NCBI GenBank assembly: GCA_900019385.1
Contig: FIZJ01000003.1
Location: 42,744-106,743, forward strand
Origin: an uncultured Clostridia bacterium
Lineage (GTDB): Bacteria; Bacillota; Limnochordia; Darwinibacteriales; DTU012
DNA length: 64,000 nucleotides
Reading direction: 5' to 3'
Numbering within the stretch: position 1 is the stretch's first letter; every line of letters begins with the position of its first letter. The notes below the pieces were generated by a model. That model was not told the DNA's origin, searched no databases, and saw only the letters and a program-made list of their open reading frames with translations. Shown in pieces: positions 1 through 9,530 of this stretch. A program made the translations under genes and the position numbers.

Positions 1-953
1 TGCTACCCAAAGGTTGAGCCCATTCTCCAGGGAAGTGTCTTCTCTGATTCTACCAACCCAGACTAAATCCTGGCCCGATGTGTCAAGCGGCATTGGATAG
101 ATTTGGGCATCCAAGTCGTCGACCAGTTTAATGCCTGGAGCTGCTGCAAACAGGCGCCGGCACTCCTCGGCGGTCAGCTTACGATTTGTTTCCACATTGA
201 TGGACTCGCAGTGGGAGCGCATCACAGGTACCCTTACAGTCGTGGCTGTAATCCTCATGGAAGAATCGGCGAAAATTTTCTGTGTTTCATGGATCGTTTT
301 CCATTCTTCTTTAGTATAGCCCTGCTGCACGGGGACATCCACCTGCGGGATTACATTGAACAAGATCGGATAGTGCTTCGGCAGCCCTTTGACTGGAAGC
401 ACCTGGGCCTCGATGGCTTCACCCCTGACATAGGCTTCGGCTTGGGCCTGCAGTTCTTCCATGGCCGCGTTCCCGGCGCCGGAAACAGCCTGATAGGTAC
501 TGACCACGACTCGGCGGATGCCTGCGTTGTCATAGATGGGTTTCAAAGCCACGCACATAATGATTGTCGAGCAGTTGGGATTGGCGATGATTCCCTCGTG
601 ACCTTTGACCGCTTCCATGTTCACTTCCGGCACTATCAGCGGAACCTTGGGGTCCATGCGAAACGCGCTGGAGTTGTCGATCACTGTGCATCCGGCAGCG
701 ACCGCCACCGGCACCCACTCCTTGCTTGCCTCGCCTCCGGCAGTGAAGAACGCTAAGTCGACACCTTTGAAATGAGCGGCCGACACAGCCTCGACAGTGA
801 CCTCCACACCGTTAAACAAAATTTTCGTTCCCGCTGACCGGGGCGACGCCAACAGCTTCAGCGACTTGACGGGAAACGACCGTTCCTCAAGAATTCCGAG
901 CAGTTCCCGGCCGACAGCCCCAGTGGCCCCCACAACCGCAACGTTTACTGCTC
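1..953 (-). CDS. asd: aspartate-semialdehyde dehydrogenase (truncated at the window edge; N-terminal part present)
   Basis: Minus-strand translation reads VGAVNVAVVGATGAVGRELLGILEERSFP...NPNCSTI...; GTG start with an AGGAGGG RBS 8 nt upstream. The +strand ORF 103..756 is its shadow. Confidence 0.85.
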
Positions 954-970
954 CCACTGTTCATTCCCTC

Positions 971-1573
971 CTACTTGGCATGCCTCACTGTTCTTTCAAT
1001 GAGAATCGGCTGCAGTTGCCGGTAAGAAACCGCAGCCGCGATTGCCGGTATGAGCAGATTCATGTCTGCCACAAGCGAATTAGGTTTTTCTTCCGGATTA
1101 TCCTGGCCAAAAGGCACAAAAAAGATATTGCGTGTGTTCAAAAGCACTCCAATGTTCTTGGCGTTCATTCCCAGGCCGTCGTTGGTCGATATGGCCAAAA
1201 CCAAAGGCCTGCCGTTGCGCAAAACAGCTTTGGCGGCCATGGTAACCGCTGTGTCGGTAATGGCGTTCGCCAGCTTGGCTGCGGTATTGCCGCTGCACGG
1301 GGCAATCACCATCAAATCCAGCAGTTTTCGCGGGCCAATCGGTTCTGCGTCCACAAGATCTATTATAGCAGTTTTACCGGTCAACTGCTCAAATTTCTTG
1401 ATCATCTCTTCGCCCCGGCCGAAGCGTGTGTCAGTGAATGCAGCGGCCTTGGAAGCGATCGGATAGATATCGGCACCAAGCGAGGCCAGCCTCTCAATCT
1501 GGGGCCACACTTCCTGGTAAGTGCAGTGGCTGCCGGTTATGGCAAAGCCAATCCTAAGGCCTTCAAGTTCCAT
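971..1573 (-). CDS. dpaB: dipicolinate synthase subunit B (flavoprotein)
   Basis: MELEGLRIGFAITGSHCT... motif; GGGAGG RBS; overlaps the dpaA stop by 11 nt as in spoVFA/B. Confidence 0.85.
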   Translation of the reverse strand: MELEGLRIGFAITGSHCTYQEVWPQIERLASLGADIYPIASKAAAFTDTRFGRGEEMIKKFEQLTGKTAIIDLVDAEPIGPRKLLDLMVIAPCSGNTAAKLANAITDTAVTMAAKAVLRNGRPLVLAISTNDGLGMNAKNIGVLLNTRNIFFVPFGQDNPEEKPNSLVADMNLLIPAIAAAVSYRQLQPILIERTVRHAK

Positions 1574-2465
1574 GCTCTCCGCCTCCCATAAGTTCTTGCA
1601 GCAGTGGAGGAATGCATTCGGAGAGGATCTTCCCGGCTGTAACCGGCGCAACTTTACCAGGGAGCGACAGGGCTAGGATCGCTTTGATACCGAGTCTTTC
1701 GGCGGCAGTGAAATCCACTCCGCCTGGAGCTGCCGCCAAATCAATGATCACGGTGGAAGGCTTGAGGCACCTGAGGTAGCTCTCAGTAAGCACCAAGGCC
1801 GGCACCGTGTTGTAGACGAGATCGAAGTCCACAGCCGAATCCAACTGCGAGAACAACACCGGGGCCATCCCCATCTCAATCGCCCTGGCCAAACGGGCTT
1901 TGTTTCGGTCGACAACTGTGACATTGGCTCCCAATGCCGCAAGTTTCCCGGCCAGAGTCTGGCCGCAGCGTCCAAAACCCACCACCAGGCAGCGGGAGCC
2001 GTGGATGGTAATCGGCAGTTCTTCCATCCCCAGCTGGATGGCACCTTCGGCTGTGGAAATGGAATTCAATATGGCTATTTCATCGATATCAGCAGTCTCT
2101 ATCAACCGCAAGCCGCACTGCTCGGCCAACCTGGCGATTACCGGTTTGGCAACACCTATCAAAACTGCCGTTCCTGGAGCAAGAGCCGGCAAGACGGCCG
2201 TAAGATCAATCGGCTCCAGATTATCCAAGCGGGTGAAAATCCTGCCCTCAAGATCGGTGTTGGCTATAGGGGCAATCAGTACCTTGATCCCATCCACTGC
2301 CGCGAAGGGATCGGAAAAATGCCGGGCAGCCCTCAGATACGGCTCGGGAGGGTAACCAACAAGCCTCAGATCCACTTTCAGTTCCAAAAGCGTCTTGGCC
2401 AGTTCCAGTTCACGCCGATCGCCGCCCAGCATTGCCGCGGGCAGCCCGCTCAGCTTGCTGTCCAT
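1563..2465 (-). CDS. dpaA: dipicolinate synthase subunit A
   Basis: Rossmann GxGxxG (VVGFGRCG); DpaA-like length and position upstream of dpaB-asd; strong RBS GGGGAGGAGG. Confidence 0.85.
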   Translation of the reverse strand: MDSKLSGLPAAMLGGDRRELELAKTLLELKVDLRLVGYPPEPYLRAARHFSDPFAAVDGIKVLIAPIANTDLEGRIFTRLDNLEPIDLTAVLPALAPGTAVLIGVAKPVIARLAEQCGLRLIETADIDEIAILNSISTAEGAIQLGMEELPITIHGSRCLVVGFGRCGQTLAGKLAALGANVTVVDRNKARLARAIEMGMAPVLFSQLDSAVDFDLVYNTVPALVLTESYLRCLKPSTVIIDLAAAPGGVDFTAAERLGIKAILALSLPGKVAPVTAGKILSECIPPLLQELMGGGEHGT

Positions 2466-2498
2466 ATAAACAACCTCCTCCCCAATGCACTCATGGTT

Positions 2499-2527
2499 TA
2501 GTATATGAGCCGGGTAGGAGGTCTGTG
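2499..2527 (-). promoter_or_regulatory. candidate sigma-K type promoter for dpaA-dpaB-asd (-10 CATATACTA, -35 AC 17 nt upstream)
   Basis: Minus-strand sequence cACagacctcctacccggctCATATACTA matches the CATAnnnTA -10 consensus, about 35 nt upstream of the dpaA ATG. Confidence 0.35.
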
Positions 2528-2541
2528 AACCAGGCGCGGGC

Positions 2542-3321
2542 TTACCACAGGAGCTGTTCTAGTCCGTAAATCACACCAGTGAGTGTGTCGATCTTGCGGA
2601 TCGCCAGAATCACACCGGGCATGAAGCTCTCGCGGTGAGTGGAATCATGCTTGATGGTCAACAGCTGCCCTGGAGAACTGAAAATGACCTCTTGATGGGC
2701 AACATAACCCGGCAGGCGCAGACTGTGAATGTGAACGCCGCCGCTTTTGGCGCCCCTGGCCCCGGCCAGGATTTCGCCATGTTCTGGGGCGTCCGGCTGG
2801 ATCCCGTTGAATACCTGGTTGATCATTTCCGCAGTCTTGATGGCCGTACCACTCGGCGCATCCTTTTTCTGCCGATGGTGATATTCAATTATTTCCACAT
2901 TGGCAAAATACTTGGCCGCCTCCTGGGCAAACCGCATCATCAGAAGAGCGCCAATGGCAAAATTGGGAGCAATCAGCACCGCCCAGTCATCCCTGTTGAC
3001 AATGGCCTTAAGTGCGTCAACCTGCTCGGCGGTGATTCCTGTCGTCCCAACAACCATGCGCACTCCCTTGTCCATGCAGAGTCTTATGTTGTCCATCACC
3101 GCGCTTGGAACAGTAAAGTCAACCACAACATCGGGGTTGGCGGCGTTGACGGCCTCTTCCAGCTCGGAATAGAAGTCGAGCCCTTCATAGGAATTGCGGG
3201 ACATCGTACTTATTGCCGGATCAACACCGGCCACCACCTGCATGTCCGGTTCTCGGCTGACTGCCTTAATCACTTCGCTTCCCATTTTGCCCAATGCTCC
3301 GTTTACTATCACCCGCTTCAT
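2542..3321 (-). CDS. dapB: 4-hydroxy-tetrahydrodipicolinate reductase
   Basis: MKRVIVNGALGKMGSEV...; E(I/Y)HHxxKxDAPSGTA motif. Confidence 0.9.
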   Translation of the reverse strand: MKRVIVNGALGKMGSEVIKAVSREPDMQVVAGVDPAISTMSRNSYEGLDFYSELEEAVNAANPDVVVDFTVPSAVMDNIRLCMDKGVRMVVGTTGITAEQVDALKAIVNRDDWAVLIAPNFAIGALLMMRFAQEAAKYFANVEIIEYHHRQKKDAPSGTAIKTAEMINQVFNGIQPDAPEHGEILAGARGAKSGGVHIHSLRLPGYVAHQEVIFSSPGQLLTIKHDSTHRESFMPGVILAIRKIDTLTGVIYGLEQLLW

Positions 3322-3387
3322 TTCCTGCCTCCACCTCGTCGGAAATGATCAATTTTTCTGGATCGGCTTCTGAAAATCCTGCAGACA

Positions 3388-3421
3388 AGAAAAAGAGACT
3401 GGCTTCACAGTCTCTTTTTCT
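3388..3421 (-). terminator. bidirectional rho-independent terminator (AGAGACTG/CAGTCTCT stem flanked by A- and T-runs)
   Basis: aaaaAGAGACTGgcttcaCAGTCTCTttttc, immediately after the stop of the 3427..3936 gene. Confidence 0.7.
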
Positions 3422-3426
3422 ATGCT

Positions 3427-3936
3427 TCAGTTGTTCTCGCCGCCGTGGGTTTCCACGTCTTGCGCTCCGTTGCGGCGCAGGATCTCACTGGCTTCGTTGA
3501 CTTTCTCGTCACTGGTCTCAATCACGGCGAGAATCCCGCCTGCCTTCAACTTGTTCTCATATTCCCGGCCCCTATCCTCAGGGATGCCCAAGTCAATCAG
3601 CCCACCGGCGACTCCACCGGTCACAGCTCCTGAAAGGGCTCCTGCCAAAGGGCCGGCGGCGACGATTGGGCCGATGCCCGGTATTGCCAAAGCTCCGACG
3701 CCAGCCAGGATCCCGGCCAAGCCGCCCAGCGCACCACCCCACGCTGTGCCGTCAGCAATATTCTCATTGGTGCCGAAATCTCCCCCGACTTCCATGTCAC
3801 CCTTCTTGGTCTTGGTCTTGCCCTGATCCTTGGCGATGATGGAGATTTCGTTCTCCGTAAACCCTTTGTCCCGAAGTGCCTTCACTGCCTTTTCGGCGGC
3901 TTCGGTTTGATTGAATACCCCTATTACTGTGGACAA
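3427..3936 (-). CDS. YflT/general-stress-protein-17M-like glycine-zipper protein
   Basis: N-terminal domain similar to the YflT family, Gly-rich GGALGGLAGILAGVGALA segment; TTG start with GGGGGA RBS (alternative ATG at 3996). Confidence 0.55.
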   Translation of the reverse strand: MSTVIGVFNQTEAAEKAVKALRDKGFTENEISIIAKDQGKTKTKKGDMEVGGDFGTNENIADGTAWGGALGGLAGILAGVGALAIPGIGPIVAAGPLAGALSGAVTGGVAGGLIDLGIPEDRGREYENKLKAGGILAVIETSDEKVNEASEILRRNGAQDVETHGGENN

Positions 3937-3997
3937 CTGACAAATCCCCCTTTCCTGAAATGGGTACACCGTTATTCTACCCAAGGGAAAGGGCAAA

Positions 3998-4267
3998 TTA
4001 TTCTAAATCCAGCCTGCGGACGATATCCTCATAATCCTGTGCCTTGGCCAAATCGACAATGATCAGGTCCCGGCCGATCTTCTTGATACCCTGCCAGGGA
4101 ATGACGATTATTCTCTTGTGAAACCAGCTTCTGCCGTAGGGAATGATGATCGAATCCACCATTCCAGATTCGGTGTTGATAATCAAGTCAGTATCATTGA
4201 CAACACCCAAGCGAATGCCCTCTTCAAAACAGACGATCTCCTTGCCGGCCAAGTCAGAATACCGCAC
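3998..4267 (-). CDS. ymxH: YlmC/YmxH-family sporulation protein (PRC-barrel)
   Basis: ...SDLAGKEIVCFEEGIRLGVVNDTDLIINTESG... is typical of YlmC/YmxH; start codon uncertain (GTG at 4267 or TTG at 4282). Confidence 0.7.
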   Translation of the reverse strand: MRYSDLAGKEIVCFEEGIRLGVVNDTDLIINTESGMVDSIIIPYGRSWFHKRIIVIPWQGIKKIGRDLIIVDLAKAQDYEDIVRRLDLE

Positions 4268-4444
4268 ACCAACCAGCTCCAAATCATCAAGACTCTGCGC
4301 ACTGCTATTCTATGCAGCCCATGCATTATGATGAACCATCCAGCAATCGCCTTGACACCCATGTTTTGCTCTTTGTGCTGTGGCTGCTGCCTGTGCTACT
4401 ATACTGATAGCTGTTATTATCAACATCCAGAGAGGAGGGCGCCT

Positions 4445-5506
4445 GTGAATCAGAATATTTTGATCCCCGTACTCACACTGCTGTTTTACCTGACTTCCGT
4501 CCTCGGGGGCGGCCAAGCCCCTCTGGATCCGAGCCTTGCGCCGCAAACGCCGTCAAGGCTGCACGACAAATCAGTGTTGGGCTATTATGTCATGGATTCT
4601 GCTTCATACAACAGTTTGATTCAAAACAGCAATCATCTCACGGGAGTTGCTCCATGGAGCTGGGGCTTGGATAGCTACGGGAACCTTAACGCTGATTTTG
4701 ACCCGGAGATGCTGGGACAAGTGCTGAAATTCGCCGGCACTCGCAAGATTGAGACTTATGCCTTGATCCACAACATGTTCAACGGCCGCTTTGACCAAAG
4801 AGTCGTCAAAGCGCTGCTGGACAGCGAGATCGCCCGGGCCAGAGCCATAAGCCAAATCCGATCGGCAGCGGCCGAGTGGGGGCTGACCGGTATAAATCTG
4901 GATCTGGAAAGTGTTCCCCCGTCACACCGGCAGGCTCTCACCGATTTTGTCGCCGAACTCAGCAGCGCGCTGAGGGAGGATGGTGTCAAAGTCACCATGG
5001 CTGTTCCCGCCAAGACCGCGGATAATCCACAGCACGGCCATTCCGGCGCCTATGATTACCAAGGACTGGGCAAGCATGTCGATCAATTAGTGATCATGGC
5101 CTACGACCAGCACTACCGCACCGGCCCCGCCGGCCCGGTCGCCGCGGCCGACTGGGTGGAAGCGGTGGTAAAGTACGCTGTCAGCCAGGTTCCAGCCGGC
5201 AAAATAGTGCTGGGCATACCCAACTACGGCTACGACTGGCCGCAAGCCGGGACCGCAAATGCCCTGACCTATGAGCAAACCATGCAGCTGGCAGCCCGGG
5301 AAGGGGCAAGCCTCAAATGGCACAACCAGTACAAAGTCCCCTATTTCACCTACGGCAGCGGCCGTCAGGTATGGTTTGAAAACCGCTACAGCATCAAATA
5401 CAAGCTGGAACTGGTAAAACAGTACAACCTGAACGGCATTGCCCTTTGGCGCCTTGGGCAAGAAGACCCGGGCATTTGGAATGTGATAAACAATACCTTT
5501 TCTTGA
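4445..5506 (+). CDS. secreted glycoside hydrolase family 18 (YaaH/YdhD catalytic-domain-like, no LysM)
   Basis: GH18 motif GINLDLE; signal peptide VNQNILIPVLTLLFYLTSVLGGGQA; GTG start with AGGAGGG RBS; an upstream in-frame extension overlaps ymxH and is rejected. Confidence 0.8.
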   Translation: MNQNILIPVLTLLFYLTSVLGGGQAPLDPSLAPQTPSRLHDKSVLGYYVMDSASYNSLIQNSNHLTGVAPWSWGLDSYGNLNADFDPEMLGQVLKFAGTRKIETYALIHNMFNGRFDQRVVKALLDSEIARARAISQIRSAAAEWGLTGINLDLESVPPSHRQALTDFVAELSSALREDGVKVTMAVPAKTADNPQHGHSGAYDYQGLGKHVDQLVIMAYDQHYRTGPAGPVAAADWVEAVVKYAVSQVPAGKIVLGIPNYGYDWPQAGTANALTYEQTMQLAAREGASLKWHNQYKVPYFTYGSGRQVWFENRYSIKYKLELVKQYNLNGIALWRLGQEDPGIWNVINNTFS

Positions 5507-5515
5507 GGCGCAAAC

Positions 5516-5548
5516 AAAAGGAGTCCCTTTGATGGGGCTCCTTTTCAT
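5516..5548. terminator. bidirectional terminator between convergent GH18 and deacetylase genes
   Basis: AAAGGAGTCCCtttgatGGGGCTCCTTTT. Confidence 0.7.
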
Positions 5549-6537
5549 TGGTTGAGTATCTGGGAGACCGGCACAATACTGTAACCTCTTTTCTGGAGCT
5601 GTTCGATGATCAGAGGTAAAGCCTGCAGTGTGGGCTCGGTGGGATGCATCAGCACCAAAGCACCGTTTTGGATGCGGGTTACTACGCGATCGATAATGAC
5701 AGTAGGAGCGGGGCGCTGCCAATCCACGGTATCGATGGTCCATAGAATGGTCTTATAGCCCAGTTCCGCCGCGACCGCCACCGTCTGCTTGTTGAAATCC
5801 CCTGCGGGAGGGGCGAACAGCATTGGTTTCTGCCCAGTGATATCCATGATTTTGTCTTCTCCTGTCAAAATCAAGTCCTGTATCTGCTCCCGGGTCATTT
5901 CGCTGGGCAGGGCATGCCAGCCACCGTGGTTGCCGATCTCATGCCCATCCATGGCAATCGCCGCCGCCAAATCTGGGTATTTTTCCGCCCAAGTTCCCGT
6001 CAAGAACCAGGTTGTAACCACGTTATACCGCCTAAATACTTCCAGCATCTCCGGAATCACTTCATTCCCCCAATCGACGTTGATCATCAGGCTGACAAGG
6101 GGCTGGTCCGCCGGGCCGCGGTAATAAGGTGTGAAATTGGCCTGGGTTATTGACGGCAGCACCGGGACAGCCACCAAATCCAGCAGCGCATCGGCCGAAG
6201 CTTTCATGACCAAGTCGATGGTGGCGTTGATGTCGATCACCTGCCCTACTTGTTCCGGGCTGATCAGCCCGTTCTGCCAATCATAGCTGGCGTTTCTAGC
6301 TTCGACAGTGGCGGCGGCGCTCAGTTTTAGGATGGTGTCATACAGCTCGCTGCGAAGCATGCCGCCCACATCATGCCCGGCCAGCTTCACTCCAGGCTTG
6401 ACACCGTAGACCCGGCGGATGATCATATTGGACACAGCCATGCCCAAGAGCAAGAACAGGATCGCCGCCAAGGCAATGCCCACAAGCCTTAGCTTTCTTC
6501 TGGTCACAACCAGAGAGAACCAAAATCCCTGCGCCAC
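5545..6537 (-). CDS. membrane-anchored polysaccharide deacetylase (NodB domain; PdaB/PdaA-like)
   Basis: NodB motifs TFDDG-like (VDWGNE), HGxxH (IGNHGGWH); N-terminal TM segment. Confidence 0.75.
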   Translation of the reverse strand: MAQGFWFSLVVTRRKLRLVGIALAAILFLLLGMAVSNMIIRRVYGVKPGVKLAGHDVGGMLRSELYDTILKLSAAATVEARNASYDWQNGLISPEQVGQVIDINATIDLVMKASADALLDLVAVPVLPSITQANFTPYYRGPADQPLVSLMINVDWGNEVIPEMLEVFRRYNVVTTWFLTGTWAEKYPDLAAAIAMDGHEIGNHGGWHALPSEMTREQIQDLILTGEDKIMDITGQKPMLFAPPAGDFNKQTVAVAAELGYKTILWTIDTVDWQRPAPTVIIDRVVTRIQNGALVLMHPTEPTLQALPLIIEQLQKRGYSIVPVSQILNQ

Positions 6538-6540
6538 AGC

Positions 6541-7320
6541 CTACTCTCCTTTCCGCAAGTGTTGAATCCCATTACTGTCGATATAATAATTCTCCCGGTA
6601 GATCAGCTCACTTACTGGGACAATCTCATATCCCTGGGCTATCAATTCCGGAAGGATGCGCCGTAAAGCCCGGGGCGTTTCCTTGGCAGCGTTGTGGAAC
6701 AGAACTATGGCGCCTGGCTGTGCCTGGCTGATCACCCTCTGGTAGATCTGGTCGGCGGTAGTATTTTTCCAATCGAGGGAATCGATGGACCATTGGATGG
6801 TGTAGTACCCCAGCGAATCCGCCGCTTTGATCACTGTGTTGTTGTACTCGCCGAAAGGCGGCCTGAACAAGAATGGATCTTGTCCAGTCAGCTCTCTAAT
6901 CATGGCATGATTCCGCTCCAACTCGTTGACGACTGCATCAAACGCAAGGCTGTTCATATGCGGATGAGAGTAACTGTGGTTGCCGATTTCATGGCCTTCT
7001 TCCGCTATGCGGATCACGTAATGAGGATACTTGTCGACCCAATAGCCCGCCAAGAAAAAGGTAGTTTTGACCTCGTGCTCTCTAAGAATGGCGAGAATCT
7101 CTTCTGTCAAATCCGTCCCCCAGGTGGCGTCGAAGGATACAGCAATCTTTTTGGCAGGGGTATCAACTGCGTAAATAGGTACCAACCGGTTGGATACTGC
7201 ATTGAATACCTGGATGATCATGGGTTGGATCCCTTCATGATAGACGCTGAAAGTCAAAAGCAGAAACACAGCCAAAAGCAGTACATGGGTGAAGTTGAGC
7301 TTGAGGACATAGACGCGCAT
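6541..7320 (-). CDS. polysaccharide deacetylase (delta-lactam-biosynthetic de-N-acetylase PdaA-like)
   Basis: NodB motifs (SFDATWG, EIGNHSYSHP); start MRVYVL with GGGGAGGAG RBS. Confidence 0.75.
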   Translation of the reverse strand: MRVYVLKLNFTHVLLLAVFLLLTFSVYHEGIQPMIIQVFNAVSNRLVPIYAVDTPAKKIAVSFDATWGTDLTEEILAILREHEVKTTFFLAGYWVDKYPHYVIRIAEEGHEIGNHSYSHPHMNSLAFDAVVNELERNHAMIRELTGQDPFLFRPPFGEYNNTVIKAADSLGYYTIQWSIDSLDWKNTTADQIYQRVISQAQPGAIVLFHNAAKETPRALRRILPELIAQGYEIVPVSELIYRENYYIDSNGIQHLRKGE

Positions 7321-7377
7321 CTTTGATCTCCTCCCCATGTATTCATATTCAAAAACGAAGAGGTAAATAACACGTAT

Positions 7378-9465
7378 TTACCTCTTGCAAGCACTGCTTT
7401 GATACCAAGCTTTCAGTCCGTGTTCAATTTCCTCCAGGCTTTCCAGGCGGGCCGGGCACGTCGGCAGCGACTGCAGAAAGTGCTTGCCATACCCCCGGTC
7501 CATCACCCTTCGATCGCAGATCAGGATCAACCCTCGGTCCGCTTGGGTGCGGATCAGGCGCCCGCAGCCCTGCCTAAATTTTAAAACTGCCTGAGGCAGG
7601 AAATAGTGCATGAACGGATTGATTCCATTAGCCTGCAGGTGCTCGCTGCGGGCGGCCACAATCGGCTCCGTTGGCACCCTGAAGGGGAGCTTCGTGATGA
7701 TCACTGCGGACAAGGCTTCCCCCGGCACATCCACTCCTTCCCAGAAACTGTCAGTGCCCAGAAGCACAGCACCCTCCTTTTCCCGGAAAAGATCGAGCAT
7801 TTCCGTGCGGGGCATCTCCCCCTGCATCAGAATCAGGAATCGCTGATCCAAACCACGCTTTTTCATCTGCTCCAAAGTCTTCTGGAGCATGGCGTATGAT
7901 GTAAACAAGACAAATGCCCGCCCACAGGTTATCTTAAGGATCGATTCCAGATGCTCCACCAATACAGGCACAAATTCCGCCTGATCCGGCAGGGGCATAT
8001 CTTTCGCCACTGCCAGGTACACTTGGTTTGCGTAATCGAAAGGGGATGCGTACACCGCGCTTTGAATATCCCACCGCTCTACTCGGTCGATACCAATGCC
8101 GCTGCGGAAATAGGCAAAATCACCTCCGACCGAAAGAGTGGCGCTGGTAAAGATCGCCGATTTCACCTGCAGCAATAGATGCTCTTTAAGCTGCTCACCC
8201 ACAAGAATCGGCGCCGCCTGCAGCAGGCAGCCCTGCTGCCTGGGCTGTCTTTTGACCCAGTAGACATAACTGCGGTCGCCGGCGTTCATGATAAACTCAA
8301 GATCAGCAATCACAGCTTCCACCCGCCTAAGGTGCGGCGCCAGCGTCTCTTGCTGCTCCGAATCAAGGAGAGCAGACAAGGCGCTCAGCTGACCCTTTAG
8401 CATAACCAAAGCTGTATGGAATCGATCATAACTTTCAAGAACCGGCAGCGTTTCCACTCCACCGTAAGGGATTGGAGCCGCTTCCTGCTCTGTTGAAGCC
8501 GAAAAGCACTCTGTTTCCATCACCTGGAAAAATCTAGCGGCGGCCTCATCGACAATCCTCAGCTGCGGCAAAAGCTGCCAGTCCAGGAGAGCAGCCCGTG
8601 CATCGTTCTCCGCATGCATAGGTTCAAGATTGATTTTCGCCCTGAGGCTTGCCAGAATCCCCCGGTTTTTCCCGTGGGAGCGGTACAAGAACCCGAGCAG
8701 CCTCCTGATCCTAAGCATGGAAAGCTGAACACTGAAATACTCGGTGGCGACATCTTCGATATGATGGGCTTCATCAACCACCACATGACTGTACAGGGGA
8801 AGCACAACCTGTTCCTGCCAGCCTACAACCTGGCGGATGGAAATATCCGCCAGCAGCAGGTGATGGTTGGCGATCACAATATCCGCAGTTTCAGCCAGGC
8901 GCTTGTTGATGAACACTGGGCATTGGTTGAAAAAACTGCATTTGCCCCTGCCGCACAAATCTGGCTCGGCTTGTACCTGTTCCTTGAGATCCGCCGGCAG
9001 CGCGTCAAATGATTTGGCAATCAGAGGCAGCGCCTCTTGAATGAGACACTGCTCCAGTTCGCGCAAGTCCCCGGCCGTGTCGCTATCAGGTTCCACCTGC
9101 TCTAAAAGCTCATTAAGCCGCAGCCAGCAGGGATAGTTGTTCCAGCCTTTGACCACCACGGCCTTGAATCTGCAGCCCAGTTTTTTCAGGATGGGGATGT
9201 CCTTCTCCAGCAGCTGTTCCTGCAGGTTGATTGTGTTGGTTGAAACTACAATCTTTTCCCCTGTGGCTCTGGCATAGCATACAGCCGGATACAGATACGC
9301 AAGGGACTTGCCGGTTCCAGTACCGGCTTCGATCAGGCCGATGTGCCCGTGGGTCAAGACTTGATAGACCAAGTCCGCCATCCGCCGCTGCTGTTCACGG
9401 TATTCATAGCCCTCCAATTGTGCCAAGGGGCCGCTGGGCAGAAAAAAAGCGCCGTCGTACTCCAC
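7378..9465 (-). CDS. dinG: DinG/Rad3-family ATP-dependent DNA helicase (YpvA-like) with 4-Cys FeS motif
   Basis: GTGKSLAYL Walker A, DEAHH box, Cys cluster C..C..C..C; GTG start with GGAGGTGA RBS. Confidence 0.85.
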   Translation of the reverse strand: MEYDGAFFLPSGPLAQLEGYEYREQQRRMADLVYQVLTHGHIGLIEAGTGTGKSLAYLYPAVCYARATGEKIVVSTNTINLQEQLLEKDIPILKKLGCRFKAVVVKGWNNYPCWLRLNELLEQVEPDSDTAGDLRELEQCLIQEALPLIAKSFDALPADLKEQVQAEPDLCGRGKCSFFNQCPVFINKRLAETADIVIANHHLLLADISIRQVVGWQEQVVLPLYSHVVVDEAHHIEDVATEYFSVQLSMLRIRRLLGFLYRSHGKNRGILASLRAKINLEPMHAENDARAALLDWQLLPQLRIVDEAAARFFQVMETECFSASTEQEAAPIPYGGVETLPVLESYDRFHTALVMLKGQLSALSALLDSEQQETLAPHLRRVEAVIADLEFIMNAGDRSYVYWVKRQPRQQGCLLQAAPILVGEQLKEHLLLQVKSAIFTSATLSVGGDFAYFRSGIGIDRVERWDIQSAVYASPFDYANQVYLAVAKDMPLPDQAEFVPVLVEHLESILKITCGRAFVLFTSYAMLQKTLEQMKKRGLDQRFLILMQGEMPRTEMLDLFREKEGAVLLGTDSFWEGVDVPGEALSAVIITKLPFRVPTEPIVAARSEHLQANGINPFMHYFLPQAVLKFRQGCGRLIRTQADRGLILICDRRVMDRGYGKHFLQSLPTCPARLESLEEIEHGLKAWYQSSACKR

Positions 9466-9530
9466 CCTACTCACCTCCAGCAACAGGAGTGAGTAAATAA
9501 TTCTCCGCGGCGGTGAAGATACCTGCAATT

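Noticed and set aside
103-756. 217-aa +strand ORF
   Set aside because: It is the antisense shadow of the asd gene (the minus-strand translation is an unmistakable aspartate-semialdehyde dehydrogenase); it has no RBS and no recognisable domain.
4118-4444. N-terminal 109-codon extension of the GH18 ORF
   Set aside because: It overlaps the convergent ymxH gene. An internal GTG with an AGGAGGG RBS gives a protein starting with a typical signal peptide.
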